64,000 nt of DNA, taken from IMG/VR virus record IMGVR_UViG_3300047094_002559. One strand, 5' to 3'. Positions 1 through 8,906 of this stretch are shown piece after piece (the stretch's first letter is position 1; each line of letters begins with the position of its first letter). The notes under the pieces are model-generated. The model was not told where the DNA came from. It did no database searches and saw nothing but the letters and a program-made list of their open reading frames with translations. The translations under genes and the position numbers were made by a program. This stretch comes from an uncultured virus (IMG/VR IMGVR_UViG_3300047094_002559) (taxonomy: Duplodnaviria; Heunggongvirae; Uroviricota; Caudoviricetes).

Positions 1-196
1 GGTCGCTCGCGGCTGTTGGCTGAGTCGGAATGGCGATGTCGATATGCGCATCCAAGCCGTCCACGATCCGCCTGGAAATCTCGGCTCGCGTGCCTTCCGT
101 ATCGAGTCCCATGGATTCCGCGATGGCAATCACATCCGTTTTGCGGGGCAGTTCGGCAAGTGATTCGATGGTGTGAGGCGTAGCGGATTCGTTCAT
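1..196 (-). CDS. Partial CDS (runs off the window) with an N-terminal HeH/Rho-N-like helical motif
   Basis: Manually translated from ATG at 196: MNESATPHTIESLAELPRKTDVIAIAESMGLDTEGTRAEISRRI...; the pattern resembles small helix-extension-helix modules. Confidence 0.55.
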   Translation of the reverse strand, partial: MNESATPHTIESLAELPRKTDVIAIAESMGLDTEGTRAEISRRIVDGLDAHIDIAIPTQPTAASD

Positions 197-209
197 GGTG
201 TCGGGTTGG

Positions 210-986
210 TTATCGGATTTTGACGTTGAGACCAGCTTGGAAGTCGGTCACTTTCTGGAGCATGACATCCTGGTCCAGGCAGGTAAAGGCGAAAGGATAC
301 TCAGGGTCGCCGGCACACTTGTTCTTCCGCTTGCGCACGTCCCTCCAGTGCGCGTCGAACGTCGAGTCGGAGATCGGCTCCGCTACCACGCCGTCGTCCA
401 CCTTCGGATAAACCTCCCGCAGATCCTCGAACATGAACTCAGGACGCGGCGGACGCTCCCATCGTTGCCACAGGCGCAGGGCCAGCTCCGCGGCTTTCTG
501 CACTTCCATGGGCGCGTAGATGAAATACTCGCGATGCGTCGGCTCGATCTGGAACTTGCTGTGATAGACCAGCAGCGTCACGATGTATGGCACCTGCGCA
601 CGCACAAGCGACTCGCGAATCGGATCTCCGGACTGTCCGCTATCGTCGTAATTGCCGACGCGAGCCATCCCCTGGATGTAGTAGGTCCGCATCTGCTTGG
701 CGGACAGCACCGCGCCGTGCTTCGGATTATCCACGGGCCGCCCGAGATGATCCCGCAACTGCACATTTTTGAAAATCTGCGCGTGTCTGGCTGTGTTTTC
801 CATGCCCCAGTAATGCGTCGCCGCCCGGATTCCGTCAACCCGTTTCTCTCTAAGCAAATTACGTTTCGCGCCGGGTATCATGGGTCGGTGCAGTGTATTT
901 GACAATCCGTGATACCCTGGTCTCGTGCGCGGCGCCCCCGAACGCGTTGAGCTACCGCGTCTTACAGATTTCGACTCGAGTATCAT
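210..986 (-). CDS. Hypothetical protein (258 aa)
   Basis: Long ORF co-oriented with neighbours; no motif recognised; start uncertain. Confidence 0.6.
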   Translation of the reverse strand: MILESKSVRRGSSTRSGAPRTRPGYHGLSNTLHRPMIPGAKRNLLREKRVDGIRAATHYWGMENTARHAQIFKNVQLRDHLGRPVDNPKHGAVLSAKQMRTYYIQGMARVGNYDDSGQSGDPIRESLVRAQVPYIVTLLVYHSKFQIEPTHREYFIYAPMEVQKAAELALRLWQRWERPPRPEFMFEDLREVYPKVDDGVVAEPISDSTFDAHWRDVRKRKNKCAGDPEYPFAFTCLDQDVMLQKVTDFQAGLNVKIR

Positions 987-1053
987 TTTGCCTCTTTTGA
1001 ACTTCCCGATCGAGTATCATTTAGCCGTTTGCATGATACCTTTCTTCTGGGTC

Positions 1054-1626
1054 CTATAATGCTGGCGGCAAAACCACCTCGCGCGTGATGCGCAGAGTCT
1101 CGAACTTTCCAGGCTCCAATTTCAGCGTGTGGATGTAGTATCGGGTCGGCAGATTCAGCCACCGCGTCAGTTCCTGTTTCGCCCGTGGAACACTGCCCTT
1201 GGCTGGCTTCGGCATGCCTGGCTCTTGCAGGGATTTCAACCGCATCAGGTAGAGTGCGGTGTCTGACGTCGGCAGCGTGGCGACGTTCGGCGAGATCATG
1301 TGATACTCCGCGCCCCTGGAGCCGCCGCTGCCTTCTTCGCGCGCCTGCGTGGACTTCTCGCGAGACTCGATCAGCTGCGCTCGTGCTGCGATCAGATCGA
1401 CCAGCTGCAGGTCGCCACGATCGGACGCCGCCAGGTTATCGTCCACTTTCGCTTCCCGCAGCCGCTTCAGATCTTCGGCTTGCATCGCGGCGTATGCTTC
1501 CAAGGACAGAAGCTCTACCCGGATGTCTTTTGCGACGCCTTCGGAATCGCGGTAGTTGAGGATCTCGATCGTGGTGCCTGGCGCTGCGCTCAGTAGCGCG
1601 GCTTTGATTTGTGTGATGTCGTTCAT
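1054..1626 (-). CDS. Hypothetical protein (MNDITQIK...)
   Basis: ORF 1054..1668; ATG at 1626 preferred because 1654-1689 is a terminator hairpin. Confidence 0.75.
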   Translation of the reverse strand: MNDITQIKAALLSAAPGTTIEILNYRDSEGVAKDIRVELLSLEAYAAMQAEDLKRLREAKVDDNLAASDRGDLQLVDLIAARAQLIESREKSTQAREEGSGGSRGAEYHMISPNVATLPTSDTALYLMRLKSLQEPGMPKPAKGSVPRAKQELTRWLNLPTRYYIHTLKLEPGKFETLRITREVVLPPAL

Positions 1627-1653
1627 GATGATGTGATGGTTGTTGGTGTACGC

Positions 1654-1689
1654 AAAAAGCCCGGTCACCGCACTGGGCGATGACCGGGC
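1654..1689 (-). terminator. Intrinsic terminator
   Basis: GCCCGGTCA...TGACCGGGC stem followed on the minus strand by TTTTT, downstream of the 1722..3197 gene. Confidence 0.75.
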
Positions 1690-1721
1690 AGATGAACCGC
1701 AAAGAAATTCTACATTTTGTC

Positions 1722-3197
1722 CTACGCGCTGGCCACGGCGTCCGACGCAACCGCCGGCTCGAGAATCGGAGACTGCTCCTGCTTCATCGCCATGAACTGA
1801 TCGACAGGGTCCGGGTTGTTCGGCTGCAACCGTTCGCCCTGCTCCTGCATCATGTCGCCGCCCTCGGCATCCTCACTCATGCCGCCGGCAGAGTCAGACG
1901 TGAGTTCCTCCTGCATGGCGTCGCTGACTGCCGGATCTCCGGACGGCATCCGACCTTCAAGCGCGGGGTCCGCCGCCAGCATATCGTCGCTGATTGCCGG
2001 GTCTTCGGCCATCATCTGTTCGAGCTCTGCGGAGAGCTGTGTGTCCGCCGCGGTCTTTTCCAGAATCTGCGGACGGAAATAAGTCAGCTGCAGCAGGGTG
2101 GCAATTCCGGCGAATTTTTCGATCTGCTCTTCGCCGTGCGACAGGACCTCGTCATACAGACTCGGCACGAGATCGGCGAACTCCGCAGCGGCCAGCGCTG
2201 CGACAACGGGCCGGAGCCTGGCGGACTTGCAGATCGCAACCGCCGCAAGCGCGCGCTCTGGTAGCGGCAGCGGCTCATCCGATGCTCCGCGGGCGAACTC
2301 CACCAACGCTTCCATTCCGCCGTCGCGCTGGGTTTGCACCATCCCGGCGATACCATCCCGGGCTGCCTTGTGCAGCAAGTCCGAGGTGACACACACCGAT
2401 GCCGATTTTTCGTGGGCCATCTGATCCACAGCCAGCATCAGGAATTCCTGGGCCGCAGCTTCACAGTCCGCCTCCGCCCACAACGTCGCGGCCGACTTCA
2501 GCTGCTCTTCGTCGCCAACCTCCGGCTCACTCAGGTGGCCGTCGGCAGCCACCTGGCGCACGCGCTTCGGGTATCTGGACTTCGGTGTCTGGACTGTCGG
2601 AAAGGCTTTGCGCAGTGTCGCGAAAGTGACCCCGCCGGCCGCGAGCGCAGCCAGCAGCGGCAGCGCCACAGGCGTCGCCGAGATCAGGTCATACAGATTC
2701 ATCTTGGCATCCACTGCCGGAGCCGCCGCGGCACGTTTCGACACCTCGAGGTCCGCGGCGAGAAGCGCCTCGCCCTGCGCTTCGTCCAGCAGCTTCTGCT
2801 TGTGCTTTTTCTGCAGGTAATTGTAGACGGCCTGGGTCAGCGCGTAAGCGCCGCCGGCGCCCAGAATGCCGCCCGTGACAGCCAACCCGGGCGCGATCCA
2901 CCGATTCACGTCTGACGCAGACTTCTGCTGCGGGTGCGGGGATGAGATGTAGAGCGTGTCGTCGTTCAGGCGCGATTTGTCCGCGAGCTCGTTCTCCTCG
3001 CGCAGCGACTTCAGATAGTTCAGCAGCGCCACGACCGCGCTGGCGCCGGCCCCCAGGGCCATGCCGCCGACGGCCATGTTGCGCACGAGACTTGTTCCGC
3101 GCGCGTCTTGCGCGGCGGCTACATCCGGCGAGTTGACCGTGCCGGTGAGTTTACCGGCGGCTCCTCTTGCTACAGTTTCGATCAGGTTGGTTGGCAT
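1722..3197 (-). CDS. Putative internal virion protein with Gly/Ala-rich hydrophobic helices and many K-x-A motifs
   Basis: Glycine-zipper-like segments (GGMALGAGASA, GGILGAGGAY); KSAS, KRAA, KSAA, KTAA motifs; lies in the cluster next to the portal-like gene. Confidence 0.6.
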   Translation of the reverse strand: MPTNLIETVARGAAGKLTGTVNSPDVAAAQDARGTSLVRNMAVGGMALGAGASAVVALLNYLKSLREENELADKSRLNDDTLYISSPHPQQKSASDVNRWIAPGLAVTGGILGAGGAYALTQAVYNYLQKKHKQKLLDEAQGEALLAADLEVSKRAAAAPAVDAKMNLYDLISATPVALPLLAALAAGGVTFATLRKAFPTVQTPKSRYPKRVRQVAADGHLSEPEVGDEEQLKSAATLWAEADCEAAAQEFLMLAVDQMAHEKSASVCVTSDLLHKAARDGIAGMVQTQRDGGMEALVEFARGASDEPLPLPERALAAVAICKSARLRPVVAALAAAEFADLVPSLYDEVLSHGEEQIEKFAGIATLLQLTYFRPQILEKTAADTQLSAELEQMMAEDPAISDDMLAADPALEGRMPSGDPAVSDAMQEELTSDSAGGMSEDAEGGDMMQEQGERLQPNNPDPVDQFMAMKQEQSPILEPAVASDAVASA

Positions 3198-3201
3198 GGT
3201 G

Positions 3202-3681
3202 TCAGAACTGCATGTATTGGACTTCTTGGTAAGTGATGAACACGACCCAGGAGCCTTCGTAGGGTTGCTTTTCCAGCACGGAGATCGCCAGCGTCGGCGT
3301 CTCCGGGTCTGCGGATGCTTTCAGCAGGCGGTTGTACTCGGCCAGGTCCGCCGGTTTCGATAGTGTGAGTATTTTGGTCTCGGGGTTGACGAGTCGCACG
3401 GATGACGGCTGCTCCGCCATCTGCCCGCGGATGGACGGTTTGCTTCCCCACCTGGTATCGGTCGGTCGCGTCGGCGTTTCGTCGTCATCCTTGGTTGCGT
3501 CCTTGTCGTCCGGACCCGCGGGCGGACGGTCTTCAAACCGATCCGCATCGACTTTCGCGAACTTCTCCTGGTCCTCCGCCGAAAGCGCGGAGGCGGATTT
3601 TTCAAACATCTCTTCAGCGCTATCCATCAGCGCGGCTTCCTGCTCTGCGGGCGTTGAGCGTTTTGTTTTCGCGTCAGACAT
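3202..3681 (-). CDS. Hypothetical virion-cluster protein (159 aa)
   Basis: Tightly packed ORF; contains EKSAS. Confidence 0.7.
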   Translation of the reverse strand: MSDAKTKRSTPAEQEAALMDSAEEMFEKSASALSAEDQEKFAKVDADRFEDRPPAGPDDKDATKDDDETPTRPTDTRWGSKPSIRGQMAEQPSSVRLVNPETKILTLSKPADLAEYNRLLKASADPETPTLAISVLEKQPYEGSWVVFITYQEVQYMQF

Positions 3682-4258
3682 TGTAGCGTGAGCGTGTTGT
3701 TTTTGCGGCGGGTTGAACTTCGTTCGCCATGTCCTCCTCGATGTCGTTCTTCAGCTTTCGATACGCCTTGACCTTCTCCATAATGATCGCGTTCTCCGCC
3801 GATGACTGCTCGGCGTTGCGTGACAGCAGAAACGCGAGCGAACCCAGTGCAGTTCCGGTGAGCGCACCGCCGGCTGTGAGGGTCTTGAGGATGTTCCCGC
3901 CGATGTTGTCATGCAACGCCACGGCGGCCGGCAGCAAGGCAGCCCCGGCCTCCTTGCGCAGCTCCTCCTGGTTTGCGAGCGCGCGACGGACACTGTCCGT
4001 GAAGCGCCGATAAGAGGCGTGCCACGTCGCAGTTTTTTCGAGGTTGCGGAAGAGAATGCACACCGGCGAATGCGCGTCGCCGAATCCTTCAAAAAGATCT
4101 GCGGCCAGCTTGCACAGCTGACGCTCAAAAGGGATGCCCTCTTCGCTGGTCATGACGCGCTGTCTGCCCTGCCGACGCAGCATCTCGTTGCGTCCGATTC
4201 CGAACGCGGAAGCGGCCAGTCCTTGTCCAAACGCGAATCCTACAGCGGTTGCATTCAT
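3674..4258 (-). CDS. Putative virion protein (MNATAVGF...)
   Basis: ATG at 4258 just after the upstream stop at 4264; EKTA and KEAG motifs; Gly-rich hydrophobic segment. Confidence 0.7.
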   Translation of the reverse strand: MNATAVGFAFGQGLAASAFGIGRNEMLRRQGRQRVMTSEEGIPFERQLCKLAADLFEGFGDAHSPVCILFRNLEKTATWHASYRRFTDSVRRALANQEELRKEAGAALLPAAVALHDNIGGNILKTLTAGGALTGTALGSLAFLLSRNAEQSSAENAIIMEKVKAYRKLKNDIEEDMANEVQPAAKTTRSRYNV

Positions 4259-4263
4259 AAATG

Positions 4264-5127
4264 TTACAGATAGTCGGTGATTGAAACTTGTCCCAGAATG
4301 TTGCGGCTCGGACCGGCGTCGTAGCCATACCCCATCGCGCCGCCCAGCATACCACCCGCAATCATTGGTAGCAAGCCTTTGGAGCCCAGAAAACGCACGG
4401 CCAGCGCGCCAATGCCGGCACCAGTCGCAGTGCGGAGTAGGCGATAGAGGTCCTCCTGATCGGAAGATCTGGCACTCGCAAGAGCGCGCAGGATCAGCGC
4501 GCGCTGTCCGGAGTTGATCGACGGATCGCTGTTCAACAGTTGAATGACGAGAGGCAACCAGTCCGTCGCTGCCTGCTTTGAGAGCCACGCCTCGCGGCGG
4601 TTGTGCTTGCTCTGCGCCCATGCAGTGCCGGCCGCGCCAACGCCGCCGGCAAGCAGCGCAGCCATGAGCGCGCGCTTGATCGGACTCCCACCCTCCCGCT
4701 TGCTGGGTCCCCACAGATAGCCACCCACTCCGCCGGCCAGCGCCGACAGCAGCCCGGCCGTTCCGACGGCCTTGCCCTGCGACGAACTCCCCCAGTCAAG
4801 CGCCTTGCCGATGCCGCTGGCAATCGAATCGTTCCACTGCCGCGCGGGGGTTTTCGGAATGCGCTGCAGCGGCGCATACCCGTTGTTGGCCGCTTCTTGC
4901 AGATGCATCATCCGGTAGGCCGGATCGAAACTCAGCTTGTACTCGTCGGGAGTCATATACACCCGGGAGTCGTCTGGCGAGAGCCCAATGGAAGCCTTCG
5001 GATGTTGGAACGAAATTTTACCGTCAGGTTCGTTCCGAAAATCCCACACCTCGCCCTGCAGGTGGTGCGGAATGGACTTCGGAACCGCGCCGTGCGGTAT
5101 GAGCGGATGCACGATCTCCTCGCTCAT
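4264..5127 (-). CDS. Putative virion protein with glycine-zipper segments (287 aa)
   Basis: Two Gly-rich hydrophobic hairpins; SKQAA motif; ATGA overlap with the upstream gene. Confidence 0.7.
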   Translation of the reverse strand: MSEEIVHPLIPHGAVPKSIPHHLQGEVWDFRNEPDGKISFQHPKASIGLSPDDSRVYMTPDEYKLSFDPAYRMMHLQEAANNGYAPLQRIPKTPARQWNDSIASGIGKALDWGSSSQGKAVGTAGLLSALAGGVGGYLWGPSKREGGSPIKRALMAALLAGGVGAAGTAWAQSKHNRREAWLSKQAATDWLPLVIQLLNSDPSINSGQRALILRALASARSSDQEDLYRLLRTATGAGIGALAVRFLGSKGLLPMIAGGMLGGAMGYGYDAGPSRNILGQVSITDYL

Positions 5128-5363
5128 CGCCGTCCTCCACTTCCGTTCCCGACGTGCGGGGAGTTCTGTCCTGGATACTTTGCCACCCAGTTCTCCGAGT
5201 CAAACCGGTCCGCTGCGTCTGTCGCACTTCCACGCGGAGTCGCCGCGTGATCGTGGTCGAAACTCAGTTCGCCTTCCGTCAACTTCTTGGACGCGGCTGC
5301 GGCAACTTCCTGCACCGCCGCCTCGCGGAGTTTTCGTGGGTATTGGGATTTCTGGTGAGACAT
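5124..5363 (-). CDS. Hypothetical protein (79 aa)
   Basis: Fills the gap between the portal-like gene and 4264..5127 with an ATGA overlap. Confidence 0.65.
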   Translation of the reverse strand: MSHQKSQYPRKLREAAVQEVAAAASKKLTEGELSFDHDHAATPRGSATDAADRFDSENWVAKYPGQNSPHVGNGSGGRR

Positions 5364-5381
5364 CGCATCGAGACTATACGA

Positions 5382-7253
5382 TTATTGCTGCTGTCCGGCA
5401 AGCATTTGCCCGACTTGGGCGCGACCTTGCGAACCAGCCTGCGCGCGCATCTTTTCCATGGCGTCTTTCGCCGCGGCGTAAAGCGTCGGATTGATTGCCT
5501 CGGCCCGCTGCATCTCCTTGCGGTGCGAATTCGGCTGCTGCGTGTGCATCTGGATCCACTGCTGGGCGATCTCCTGGGCGCGCTGCTGCACCATGGTCGG
5601 GTCAGCATTTGTATCGACGGCGTAATCCAACGGAGAAGCGGGGGCGCCGCCTGCGCCGGCCGCCGCACCAGCCCCGCCCTGAGCGGTCTGCTGCATGGAC
5701 TGCTCGGCCGCTGCCATTGCGAGATCGGCCATGGAACCCTGCGTGCGTTCCTTCTCGTAATTCTTCGCAAGCTCTTCGGCTCCGCGCTGAATCTCCTGAT
5801 CCTCCTCGATGGCCCGAATGTTCGCGGCCTCCGGGTCGGTGACTCCGATGTCCGGGTAGACATCCTTTCGGGGGATCTCGCGGTTTGCGGCGAGCTGCAT
5901 GCGCAGCTGCATCCACTCGGCGTTGTATGCCACGACCGGACGCTTGAGTCGCACCTCCATCTCCTTCGATTCGAAGGCTCGCTGCACCGTGCGCGCGATA
6001 AATTTGAGCAGCCCGTCGAGTTCTGCGTAGAGCCACTCATACTGCCGCTCGAACATGCGAATGGCATTCGGCAGCTGCTCCGGATTCAGCGTGCCACGGA
6101 ATAATTCACGCGGGAATCCAAGCCCGTCGAACAGCTGGTTGGTGTATGCCTCCACGACGTCATACAGCACCATGGCCTTGCCTCCGCCGTCGAAGGTCTG
6201 CATCTCGATCGGGAACGGCACCGCGTGGATCGATGTGGCGTCCCTCCGGCGCGCGGCGATCATGTTCTGCATCTCCGAGCGCCAGCGCGACATCAGTGTG
6301 GTGAGCACGGCGTCGCCGATGTTTCCACCGAAGTTCGGACTCAGCACTCTCGTCGGATGCAGGAATTCCTGCGCGACGGCGAAGTCCGCCTTCCGGTAAA
6401 TCGCCAGTTGGTAGAGCGCATCGTAGTGCATCAGCACTTCCGGCACTGCCCATCCGGAATCGGAGACTCCGCACGGCGTCGGCGATCGAAAATGATGCAC
6501 CTCGCCCTTGCGGAATCGATAGTCCTTGTTCTTCGAGATCGCCTCCAGCAGACCGCGCGGCGTGTTGTTGATCTCGTGCAGCTTGTTGTGCTTGACCCTG
6601 GCCTCCATGTCCGGAGGAATCCGGTAGATGTATTCCGTCGTGTCCGCGTGGTGCGGCGAGTCCAGATCCACGTAGCGCGGGTCCAGGAAGATGATGGAGA
6701 AGCGGTCAGGCGCAGCAGACGGCTTGTCGCGGAATTCCAACCTCACAGTCGGCAGATCGGCCATCTTGCGCTTTTGTTTCGGCAGCTTCGCCGCCGCTGC
6801 CATGTCCGGCACCTCGTAAACCATATCGGACCAGTGATACTTCACCAAATGTTCCGGAAATATGTCCAACGAAATGGCGCGCTGGAGTCCGTCGCGGTTG
6901 TCGACGAGCCAGCGATCGAACGGCTCGACGCAGCGGACGAACGCCTGGCCGTAGATGGCCCACTCTGTGCCGGCCTTCTGCATCTTCGAGAAGATGCGCA
7001 GCGTTTCCGTCAGCAGCCGCTCCAGCTTCTTCTGTTCGTCCTTGTCGCCCGCGTCGACGAATTCGATCCCGGTGATGAAATAGGAAATTACCCGGTTGCA
7101 TACTGCTCCGTACAGACGGTTGGTCCGGTAGAGATAGAGACACAAGTCGAACGTGGACTTGATGTCGCTCGGGAATGAATCTGTCGACGGAAGCAGGAAT
7201 GGATCTCCAAACTTTTTGGAACCGTTCAGAAAGGAGTTGGAGATGACGGCCAT
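5382..7253 (-). CDS. Probable portal protein (623 aa)
   Basis: Size; N-terminal F-D-L-C-x-Y-L-Y-x-x-N...V-I-S-Y-F-I-T helix; the HHFRSPTPCG...GWAVP and GLGFPRELF segments resemble large-phage portals; terminase present in the same window. Confidence 0.65.
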   Translation of the reverse strand: MAVISNSFLNGSKKFGDPFLLPSTDSFPSDIKSTFDLCLYLYRTNRLYGAVCNRVISYFITGIEFVDAGDKDEQKKLERLLTETLRIFSKMQKAGTEWAIYGQAFVRCVEPFDRWLVDNRDGLQRAISLDIFPEHLVKYHWSDMVYEVPDMAAAAKLPKQKRKMADLPTVRLEFRDKPSAAPDRFSIIFLDPRYVDLDSPHHADTTEYIYRIPPDMEARVKHNKLHEINNTPRGLLEAISKNKDYRFRKGEVHHFRSPTPCGVSDSGWAVPEVLMHYDALYQLAIYRKADFAVAQEFLHPTRVLSPNFGGNIGDAVLTTLMSRWRSEMQNMIAARRRDATSIHAVPFPIEMQTFDGGGKAMVLYDVVEAYTNQLFDGLGFPRELFRGTLNPEQLPNAIRMFERQYEWLYAELDGLLKFIARTVQRAFESKEMEVRLKRPVVAYNAEWMQLRMQLAANREIPRKDVYPDIGVTDPEAANIRAIEEDQEIQRGAEELAKNYEKERTQGSMADLAMAAAEQSMQQTAQGGAGAAAGAGGAPASPLDYAVDTNADPTMVQQRAQEIAQQWIQMHTQQPNSHRKEMQRAEAINPTLYAAAKDAMEKMRAQAGSQGRAQVGQMLAGQQQ

Positions 7254-7266
7254 CGGTTAAAGCGTG

Positions 7267-8073
7267 TCAGTTTGCGCGCGGACGATCGAAGTCCAGCCTG
7301 GCTGCCCCGGCGACATTAGCGACGGATTTGCCGACCTCCGGGAACCGCGCGCTGGCGCTCTTCTCGCCCTCCGCAATGGGCTCGCCGGTTTCGTCGTCAA
7401 CGCGATCGCTCGGTCGTCCGGAAACGACCGAAGGAACTCCGTCATGTAATACGCCTTGTTTTTCCACGCTGGCAGACTGAGGCAAAAAGCAGAGCAAGTC
7501 AATCCCAACCCCCGGATAAAGCTGCATCGGCGGCGCCAGGCACAGCACGCGCACGCGCGGGGAATCGCGGTGCTCCAGAAAGCTGATCTCCAGTTCAGAT
7601 CCCGGGTGCGGCGCGAACATCGACTCCGAAGATCTCACCATGATCAGCAGCAGGTGCTTGACGCGATGCAGATGCATCGGCTCGGCGCTGCTCCACGCGA
7701 CTGGTGATTTGACGTCGCCAATCGGCGTGTGGAACACCAGCGTGAGTTTCTTCCTGGTGCGATCGCTCAGGCACTTGGCCACGGCCAGCAACTCGCTCTC
7801 TGCCTCGGTGCCGAGCAGTTGCACAAGCACCGGTGGTATGCGTATTCCCGCTTCGCGAACCGTGACAATGGGCGAGTCCGGAATGTCATACTCCGGCGTC
7901 GGGACCGCAGGAATGCGAATTGTGGCCTGCTCGATTTCGTCCGCTTCGATGACCTCGCTCAGGTCTCCGCTGCGCATTCTCGCCACCAGCGCGTCGGTGG
8001 CGTCACCTGGGTTCGGGGGTCTGGATCCGGACTTCGCGCTCGAGTCCGGCGGCATGGTGGGTTGTGAGTGCAT
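7267..8073 (-). CDS. Hypothetical protein (268 aa)
   Basis: ORF with typical codon usage; C-terminal EKSAS; alternative start at 8055. Confidence 0.7.
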   Translation of the reverse strand: MHSQPTMPPDSSAKSGSRPPNPGDATDALVARMRSGDLSEVIEADEIEQATIRIPAVPTPEYDIPDSPIVTVREAGIRIPPVLVQLLGTEAESELLAVAKCLSDRTRKKLTLVFHTPIGDVKSPVAWSSAEPMHLHRVKHLLLIMVRSSESMFAPHPGSELEISFLEHRDSPRVRVLCLAPPMQLYPGVGIDLLCFLPQSASVEKQGVLHDGVPSVVSGRPSDRVDDETGEPIAEGEKSASARFPEVGKSVANVAGAARLDFDRPRAN

Positions 8074-8719
8074 TGATTCTGGTAATGTGACGTTCGACTA
8101 GGTCGTAGGTCATGGGTTGCTTGTCGATTCTGCCGTCTATTTTGTGGTGCCGGCTGACGAACATACGGCGCTGTCCATCTGCGCCCCGTTCCATCGTCGC
8201 GACGATTCGGTGCGGTGCGAATTTGTCAGCCAGCGGTATCAGCTCCGGGTGCTGCGTCAGGGAGACGTCCACGCTCGTCGGCCAGCCGGCGTCGTAGCGC
8301 AGCGTGAACCAGCCGCGTAGCCCGAACGCGTTGAACGCGAGAACGCAGATCGACAGCGCGCAATCGGTGGCCAGCTGCATCGCTTCCGAGAAAGTTGCCG
8401 CCGACGCCCATCCCACCATGGCCTCCACGCAGGTGCGCGTCACCCGCGCGGGTGCCACGCTGCTCAGCGGCTGGCCGACGACGTCGCAGATGCGCGCAGC
8501 CCGCCCGGTTCGCATCCGTCCGCGATACGGCTTGCTTTTGGAAAGCAGCCGCTTGGCAGTAATCTGCGAGCAGTTCAGCAGCTTCGCAACCGCAGCGCAG
8601 CGGTTCGGGAAGCCGTCGGCATACGAGGACAGGTATTGCATCAGCAGCGGAGTCGACTCCGCTGGCAGCAGACGGTTCTCCGCCCTGCCGATGACACCAC
8701 CGGCCGGTCCCGCTGACAT
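8003..8719 (-). CDS. Putative HTH DNA-binding protein
   Basis: AAVAKLLNCSQITAKRLL...AARICDVVG resembles an XRE/Cro-type helix-turn-helix. Confidence 0.5.
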   Translation of the reverse strand: MSAGPAGGVIGRAENRLLPAESTPLLMQYLSSYADGFPNRCAAVAKLLNCSQITAKRLLSKSKPYRGRMRTGRAARICDVVGQPLSSVAPARVTRTCVEAMVGWASAATFSEAMQLATDCALSICVLAFNAFGLRGWFTLRYDAGWPTSVDVSLTQHPELIPLADKFAPHRIVATMERGADGQRRMFVSRHHKIDGRIDKQPMTYDLVERHITRINALTTHHAAGLEREVRIQTPEPR

Positions 8720-8902
8720 TTACTTCGAGCCCATGATAGTCTTGAAGAATCCGGACACGTTGCGCTCGCGCCGCGTGTCCTGCTTCACATAACTCGCATT
8801 CAGCGCGCTGCGGCGGGGCTCCGCAATGATCGCTGTGCTGTTGCCGTAACCTTGGTGGCGGGCGTTGCGGATCTGCTCTTGTGTGGGTTGGGATTGGCTC
8901 AT
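8720..8902 (-). CDS. Small hypothetical protein (MSQSQPTQEQ..., 60 aa)
   Basis: ATG at 8902 just downstream of the 8907 stop; its own stop abuts the next ATG. Confidence 0.65.
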   Translation of the reverse strand: MSQSQPTQEQIRNARHQGYGNSTAIIAEPRRSALNASYVKQDTRRERNVSGFFKTIMGSK

Positions 8903-8906
8903 GGAA

